64,000 nucleotides of DNA from assembly GCA_031315995.1 (NCBI GenBank), contig JALDRG010000016.1, positions 5,566-69,565 of the forward strand, read 5' to 3'. Position numbers and translations under genes: made by a program. This document shows, piece by piece, positions 58,707-64,000 of this stretch. The stretch is from Nitrospira sp. (GTDB lineage Bacteria > Nitrospirota > Nitrospiria > Nitrospirales > Nitrospiraceae). Under the pieces are notes generated by a model. That model was not told the origin of the DNA, ran no database searches, and saw nothing but the letters and a program-made list of their open reading frames with translations. The number at the start of each line of letters is the position of its first letter. Within the stretch, counting starts at the first letter, position 1.

Positions 58707-60089
58707 ATGATGCGACGACAAATCATCCTTCGTCCAAGCCAATGCCGAGGCCCCTTGCCCGCAGCCCGGCTCCTATCCGGACTGCTCTGCATAGCGCTCG
58801 GCCTGTCCTTCGCATCCGCGCATGCGGCAGACATCATCCCAACCCGCTCCGTTACCCCAAACGGCATCACGGTGTTGTTCCTAGAACAGCATTTTCTTCC
58901 GACCGTGGAAATTCACGCGCTGGTGAAAGTAGGCTCGGCACAGGACCCGCCGGACAAAGCCGGCCTGGCCAATTTGACCGCCAGTCTCTTGGACGAAGGC
59001 ACCGTGACCCGGACGTCTCGACAATTCGCCGAACAGATCGATTTTGTGGGTGGCTCGCTGGGAGCCCATGCCACGGAAGATTTCACGACCGCCTCCGCAC
59101 GCGTCCTCAAGAAGGATGCAGACCTCGGCTTTACGCTTCTGGCCGACATGCTCCAACATCCCGCGTTTCACAAACAGGAGTTCGAACGAGTCCGCACACA
59201 GATTCTCGGCGAAATCATCAGCGATGACGACGATCCCGGCAATGTCGCCATGAAGGCCTTCCATCAATTGATTTTTCACGGTCATCCCTATAGTTGGCCG
59301 GCCCATGGGACAGAAGAGACCCTCAACAAAATTACAGTAGCCGACATCCAACAATTTCACGCCAGAGAGTACGTGCCGAACCAAACGATCCTGGTTATCG
59401 TCGGAGATCTGACCCAAGATCAGGCAGCGATGCTGGTCCAGACCCATTTCGGCTCCTGGAAGAAGGGCGCACCCGCTCCCTACCAGCTCAGAAAGCCGGC
59501 ACCGATCGACCGTAAAATGGTCCAGCTCATCGAGAAAGATTTGACCCAGTCCACAATCGTTCTAGGACACACCGGCATCAGCCGAGCAAACCCCGACTAC
59601 TATGCCATTACGGTCATGAACTACATCCTGGGCGCCGGAGGGTTCTCCTCACGCCTCATGGATTCCATTCGTGACAAGCAGGGACTCGCCTATGGGATCA
59701 TGAGCCAGTTCGACACCAGGCTCATGCCCGGCGCGTTTTTTATCAGCCTGCAGACCAGAGCCGATGTCACGAATCAAGCGATCACCGGCGTCCTGACGGA
59801 AATCAAGGGGATACGCGATGCCCCGGTGACGGATCAGGAACTTAGTGAAGCAAAGTCGTTCATCGTCGGTAGCTTCCCCCTGCGGGTCGATTCAAGCGCA
59901 AAGCTGGCGAACGTGCTTGCCCAAGTCGAGTTTTACAATCTTGGGTCGGACTATTTCACCCAGTATCCAAGAGCCATTGAGAAAGTCACCAAGGACGACG
60001 TCTTGCGCGTCGCCAAACAGTATCTCGACCCGCAACATTACGCATTGATCGTCGTCGGGTCGATCGCGAAAGCCAAAGTCAAACAATAG
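58707..60089 (+). CDS. M16 family peptidase-like (non-catalytic partner)
   Basis: M16 fold motifs (GLANLTASLLDEGT, ILGAGGFSSRL, GLAYG) without HxxEH. Confidence 0.9.
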   Translation: MMRRQIILRPSQCRGPLPAARLLSGLLCIALGLSFASAHAADIIPTRSVTPNGITVLFLEQHFLPTVEIHALVKVGSAQDPPDKAGLANLTASLLDEGTVTRTSRQFAEQIDFVGGSLGAHATEDFTTASARVLKKDADLGFTLLADMLQHPAFHKQEFERVRTQILGEIISDDDDPGNVAMKAFHQLIFHGHPYSWPAHGTEETLNKITVADIQQFHAREYVPNQTILVIVGDLTQDQAAMLVQTHFGSWKKGAPAPYQLRKPAPIDRKMVQLIEKDLTQSTIVLGHTGISRANPDYYAITVMNYILGAGGFSSRLMDSIRDKQGLAYGIMSQFDTRLMPGAFFISLQTRADVTNQAITGVLTEIKGIRDAPVTDQELSEAKSFIVGSFPLRVDSSAKLANVLAQVEFYNLGSDYFTQYPRAIEKVTKDDVLRVAKQYLDPQHYALIVVGSIAKAKVKQ

Positions 60090-60131
60090 CCGGCCACTCT
60101 CCTGCAGCGGTCCGCGCAGCCCAAGAATCCC

Positions 60132-60953
60132 ATGGTGTCCACAACTCCGCTGATCGACAAAATCTCTCGAGCACGCCACATCCTTCGAGAAATGGGCTCG
60201 GTCATCGTCGCCTTCTCCGGCGGAATCGACAGTTCCCTCGTTCTCAAATTAGCCCATGATGAACTGGGTGCGCACGCGGTAGGCGTCACGGCCGTCTCTC
60301 CTACGCTTCCGGCGATTGAACTAGACGCGACGCGGAGTATCGCCGCCGAGATCGGCGCATGCCATCGCATCGTCGAAACGGATCAATTGCAGATTCCAGA
60401 ATTCGTCCGCAACGATGCCGCCCGGTGTTACCACTGCAAGACTGATCTGTATTCACTTCTGAACACGCTCCGGGATGAATATGCCTCGGGATATATTGTC
60501 GATGGGACGAACGTGGACGATCTGGGAGACGATCGTCCTGGTCTCAAAGCCGCTCGCGAGCGGGGCGTCCGCAGCCCGTTACTCGAAGCCGAATTCTCCA
60601 AGGCCGATATTCGTGATGCCGCGAGGGATTTGGGCCTCTCCAATTGGGATAAGCCTGCCGCCGCCTGCCTGTCTTCCCGTGTGCCGCGTGGCATCACCAT
60701 TACTCGACGCACCCTCTCCCGCGTGGAACGTGCGGAGGCGACCTTGGCCCAAGAAGGATTCCGCCACTATCGCGTGCGTGACTATGGTGAGATGGCCAGG
60801 ATTGAACTAGCCGTGGAAGAACTTCCCGGATTACTGCAGGCCGGACGTCGAGAACGGGTTGTTGACACCCTGAAACAGGTCGGCTATCGCTTCGTGACAG
60901 TGGATTTGGAAGGATACCGCCAGGGGGGCATGAGTCTGCCTCCCCCGGCGTGA
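60132..60953 (+). CDS. larE: ATP-dependent sacrificial sulfur transferase LarE family (PP-loop)
   Basis: VAFSGGIDS, RCYHCK, DGTNVDD...RPG, ACLSSRVP. Confidence 0.88.
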   Translation: MVSTTPLIDKISRARHILREMGSVIVAFSGGIDSSLVLKLAHDELGAHAVGVTAVSPTLPAIELDATRSIAAEIGACHRIVETDQLQIPEFVRNDAARCYHCKTDLYSLLNTLRDEYASGYIVDGTNVDDLGDDRPGLKAARERGVRSPLLEAEFSKADIRDAARDLGLSNWDKPAAACLSSRVPRGITITRRTLSRVERAEATLAQEGFRHYRVRDYGEMARIELAVEELPGLLQAGRRERVVDTLKQVGYRFVTVDLEGYRQGGMSLPPPA

Positions 60954-60959
60954 GAGAGG

Positions 60960-61472
60960 CTAATTCCTGCTCTGGTAGGTCTTCGCGAGGGCATCCAGGG
61001 CCTCATCGGCCAATCGGCGATGATCACCTTCCGTCAATGCCCGTCCGACAACCTTCTCCGCCACCATCATCGCCAGATCCGTCGTTTGCGAACGAATGTC
61101 CTGAATGGCCTTTCGGCGTTCGGTGTCGATCTCACGAGTCGCGTCACCTTTGATGCGCTCCGCATCCACCGTCATACGCTGTTCATTTTCTTCCATCAGG
61201 CGCTGCGCGCGTTCTTTTGCCTGTGTCAACAACGCTTCCGCGTCCTTGGCAGCGGTCGCGAGCTTGGCCTCGTATTCCCTGAGCTTGCGCTCGGCCTCAG
61301 AACGGTGGCGTTCGGCCTGATCAAGGCTGTCCTTGATCTTTTTCTCGCGCTCTTCCAACATACCCAACAAGCCGGGAAACGCATACTTGTAGAGCAGGAA
61401 GAACAGGATCCCGAAAGAAAGAATCTCCCAGAAGATCAGGGACGAAAAGAAATGTGATTCAAATTGAGGCAT
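60960..61472 (-). CDS. atpF: ATP synthase F0 subunit b
   Basis: N-terminal TM plus EEREKKIKDSLDQAE coiled coil. Confidence 0.95.
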   Translation of the reverse strand: MPQFESHFFSSLIFWEILSFGILFFLLYKYAFPGLLGMLEEREKKIKDSLDQAERHRSEAERKLREYEAKLATAAKDAEALLTQAKERAQRLMEENEQRMTVDAERIKGDATREIDTERRKAIQDIRSQTTDLAMMVAEKVVGRALTEGDHRRLADEALDALAKTYQSRN

Positions 61473-61547
61473 AGTCTATTACCCAAATGAGTTGAGGATT
61501 CTGAGCCGGGAATAGCCCCCAGCATCAGGGCTCGCCTGCCGAAACGG

Positions 61548-61778
61548 TTACTTGCGCAAGCCCATGATGATGAACGCAATGACCAGCCCGTACAGTGCAA
61601 TGGCTTCGACCAACGCGAATCCAATCCACATGTACTTGCCGACGCGACCTTCCGCTTCCGGCTGCCGGGCGACGGCCTCGATCATTTTCCCGAATATATA
61701 CCCGATTCCCACGCCGGCTCCGGCAAATCCTGCCGCCGCCAACCCCATGCCCACCAACGCTGCTGCTGCTGCATCCAT
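61548..61778 (-). CDS. atpE: ATP synthase F0 subunit c
   Basis: GxGxG, RQPEA loop, ion-binding Glu in VEAIALY. Confidence 0.97.
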   Translation of the reverse strand: MDAAAAALVGMGLAAAGFAGAGVGIGYIFGKMIEAVARQPEAEGRVGKYMWIGFALVEAIALYGLVIAFIIMGLRK

Positions 61779-61814
61779 TGTTTGTCCTCTCCTCCCTTAT
61801 GTAAACAACTCGCC

Positions 61815-62564
61815 CTAGTGCGCGTGCTCGCTATGACCGTGCAGGGTCACGGCGTCTCCCAAGTACACACAGCTCAGCACGGTGAAAATATAGGCTTGGA
61901 TAAACGCGATACCGACTTCCAGTCCGTTCATAGCGATGGTGAACGCAAACGGCAGCCACCCGATCAGCAGCCCACCGCTGATCGCCAACCCGAACAGGAC
62001 TCCCAAAATGACGTGGCCGGCGGTCATATTCGCAAACAGACGCACAGCCAGGGAAATGGGTCGCGCCAACTGACTGATCAATTCAATCGGAATCATCAAC
62101 GGCAAGAGCCACCCCGGAGTTCCCGGCGGCACGAGAATGCCGAGAAACTTCATCCCATGGAGAGAAAAACCCAGTACGAGACTCAGCCCATAAATCCCCA
62201 CGGCAAATACCGCCGTCACAACAATCTGACTGGTGACGGTGTACGATCCGGGAATCAACCCGATCAGATTGGCAAACAGAATAAAGAGGAACAACGTGGC
62301 GATCAGCGGGAAATATTTCATCCCTGGCTCGCCCATGGTGTCCAAGATAATCCCGCGAATGAACTCGACGATCAGCTCAGCCAGATTCTGCAATTTGCCC
62401 GGAACCAACTTGCGAGCCGCCGACGCAGAGATCATCAGAACGGCTACCAAGCCGACGACCACCCACATCAAAATCACGGCTTTGTTGATGGAAATATCAA
62501 CCCCGGCCGGTACCAACGGAATCAGGTCGTGCAGTTCAAACGCATGTAACGGACTTTCTTCCAC
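61815..62564 (-). CDS. atpB: ATP synthase F0 subunit a
   Basis: SLAVRLFANMTAGH, IQAYIFTVL; GTG start. Confidence 0.97.
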   Translation of the reverse strand: MEESPLHAFELHDLIPLVPAGVDISINKAVILMWVVVGLVAVLMISASAARKLVPGKLQNLAELIVEFIRGIILDTMGEPGMKYFPLIATLFLFILFANLIGLIPGSYTVTSQIVVTAVFAVGIYGLSLVLGFSLHGMKFLGILVPPGTPGWLLPLMIPIELISQLARPISLAVRLFANMTAGHVILGVLFGLAISGGLLIGWLPFAFTIAMNGLEVGIAFIQAYIFTVLSCVYLGDAVTLHGHSEHAH

Positions 62565-62595
62565 GATGGTCCTTTTTTCAATCAGACGATTCTGG

Positions 62596-62814
62596 TTAAC
62601 TCTGCCATCGTTGCGCCGAGCGATAGGCACTCCGCACGCCGGCGGCGGCCCCCAACCCCAACCCCGCTACCAATCCCCATGGATTAGAATCAAGCAGATA
62701 GGTGTCGATGACCCAGCCCAACCCTCCCCCGACAATCAACGCAGCAAGCAGTTCCGTCCCGATCCGGACGGCCTGCCCGAGCCCCGCATATAACGGATCC
62801 TGAGAGGGGGGCAT
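62596..62814 (-). CDS. atpZ: AtpZ/AtpI family protein
   Basis: ELLAALIVGGGLGWVID...PWGL, upstream of atpB. Confidence 0.85.
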   Translation of the reverse strand: MPPSQDPLYAGLGQAVRIGTELLAALIVGGGLGWVIDTYLLDSNPWGLVAGLGLGAAAGVRSAYRSAQRWQS

Positions 62815-62990
62815 CAGCTGCTCACACGCAGCACTCTTCAGCACAATCGGAGAGAGTGCACCCATCGGCGGGCGCGCCATTCAAGCAAATTCGCTGGGGG
62901 CTTGTCAAGAAGTTGGCCACCTATGACCCGGCCTCTCGATGCGGTATAGTCATTTCCTCAGCGTTCACTACCCCTGCGAAACACTGGTTT

Positions 62991-64000
62991 ATGAGCGTTT
63001 CCTCTCACAAGGCATTTCTCAGCGGGCCGGCCCAACCGTTGGTAGTTGTGCGCCCACAACCACAAGCCGACGTGTTCGAGCTCTACCGGCGCCTGGCTCC
63101 AGCCGAGCGTCCCTCGTTCCTTCTGGAAAGCGCCAACGGCACTGAGACGACCGCGCGCTATTCGTTTTTTGGCCGCGAACCCTATCTCACCCTGACAGCC
63201 CGCGCACAGGAATACGACATTGAGACCGGGGGGCAACTCCGGCATTATACAGGCTGCGGCCTCAAGGCCCTCCAACAAGCGCTTGCTGCATCGACCATTC
63301 CAAGACCAGACGACATCCCGCCGTTTTATGGCGGCGCAATAGGATACCTCAGTTACGATCTCGCCCGTTCACTCGAATCGCTCCCGACCCTGGCCGCCGA
63401 CGATCTCCGCGTACCAGACTTGCACATGGCCTTTTTCGACGTCGTGGCCGCCGTCGATCACCACACTCGACAGTTGTACCTGATGTATTGCCCTCCCCTG
63501 TCACGGTTTCAATCGGAACCTCGGGAAAAACTGTTTCGTGAAGGCTGTGACCGGCTGGCAGAGCTGGAAGCCCGCCTGACGAGTCCGATCGCGCATCCTG
63601 TTTCGTCGTCCGCCTCTACCCAGGCGCTCTTCGTGCCCAACCAATCGCGCGAAGCCTACAAGGCTCGTGTGCGGCGATGCCAAGACTATATCGCCGCCGG
63701 TGATATTTATCAGGCCAATCTTTCTCATCGCTTCACCCTCGACTTGAATGCCACGGCTTCAGCTGCGGGGTTTGAGGGATACTCAACCGAACTCTATGGC
63801 CGCCTTCGCCTGATCAACCCTGCGCCGTTCGCAGGACTCGTCCGATTCCCCAACCTCAGCCTCGTCAGCAGTTCCCCTGAGCGCCTCGTGCAACTGACCG
63901 GCTCACAAGCCTGCACCAGGCCCATTGCCGGCACCAGGCCGCGAGGCATCGGCCTCCGACAAGACCGGCTGCTGCGCGCTGAGTTGCTCGCCAATCCGAA
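62991..64000 (+). CDS. Anthranilate synthase component I / aminodeoxychorismate synthase family (partial, runs off the edge)
   Basis: Not in the ORF track. Manual translation: SFLLES...ARYSF, PPFYGGAIGYLSYD, GDIYQANLSHRF, SSSPERL, TRPIAGTRPRG. Confidence 0.92.
   Translation, partial: MSVSSHKAFLSGPAQPLVVVRPQPQADVFELYRRLAPAERPSFLLESANGTETTARYSFFGREPYLTLTARAQEYDIETGGQLRHYTGCGLKALQQALAASTIPRPDDIPPFYGGAIGYLSYDLARSLESLPTLAADDLRVPDLHMAFFDVVAAVDHHTRQLYLMYCPPLSRFQSEPREKLFREGCDRLAELEARLTSPIAHPVSSSASTQALFVPNQSREAYKARVRRCQDYIAAGDIYQANLSHRFTLDLNATASAAGFEGYSTELYGRLRLINPAPFAGLVRFPNLSLVSSSPERLVQLTGSQACTRPIAGTRPRGIGLRQDRLLRAELLANP

Noticed and set aside
61548-61778. Na+-translocating or N-type ATPase
   Set aside because: Subunit c lacks the Q...E[ST] Na+ signature, and gene order is not the N-ATPase type.

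Overview
A ~60% GC bacterial chromosomal window. Gene content and order (zapB-zapA-rny-ymdB-xseAB-tlyA, a stand-alone atpZBEF F0 cluster, hflKC, fhs, larE) suggest Nitrospira; this is inference, not proof. The left ~40 kb is accessory. It holds a decayed, possibly metal-responsive cluster (Cys-rich ECF sigma remnant, His-rich lipoprotein, outer-membrane barrel), then a 23.4 kb co-directional minus-strand locus. That locus runs TolC, periplasmic adaptor, GAF-adaptor, M50-protease/adaptor fusion, a ~4,400-aa DUF4347/beta-helix/delta-60/cadherin-like adhesin with a C-terminal membrane helix, and three phosphorelay genes, with no ABC or RND transporter in the window. It is the strongest candidate for an undescribed system. 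After it come an ECF sigma/cupin anti-sigma pair divergent from a lipoprotein truncated haemoglobin, and an arsenic island (arsM-like + arsS converging on arsR-arsM-acr3-arsC). The right ~24 kb is housekeeping and includes a long structured RNA candidate at the usual 6S position. The adhesin gene is broken by indels that fall only inside near-identical repeats and are probably assembly errors. I found no CRISPR array, transposase, integrase, tRNA or rRNA. All domain calls come from motif recognition by eye; no searches were run.
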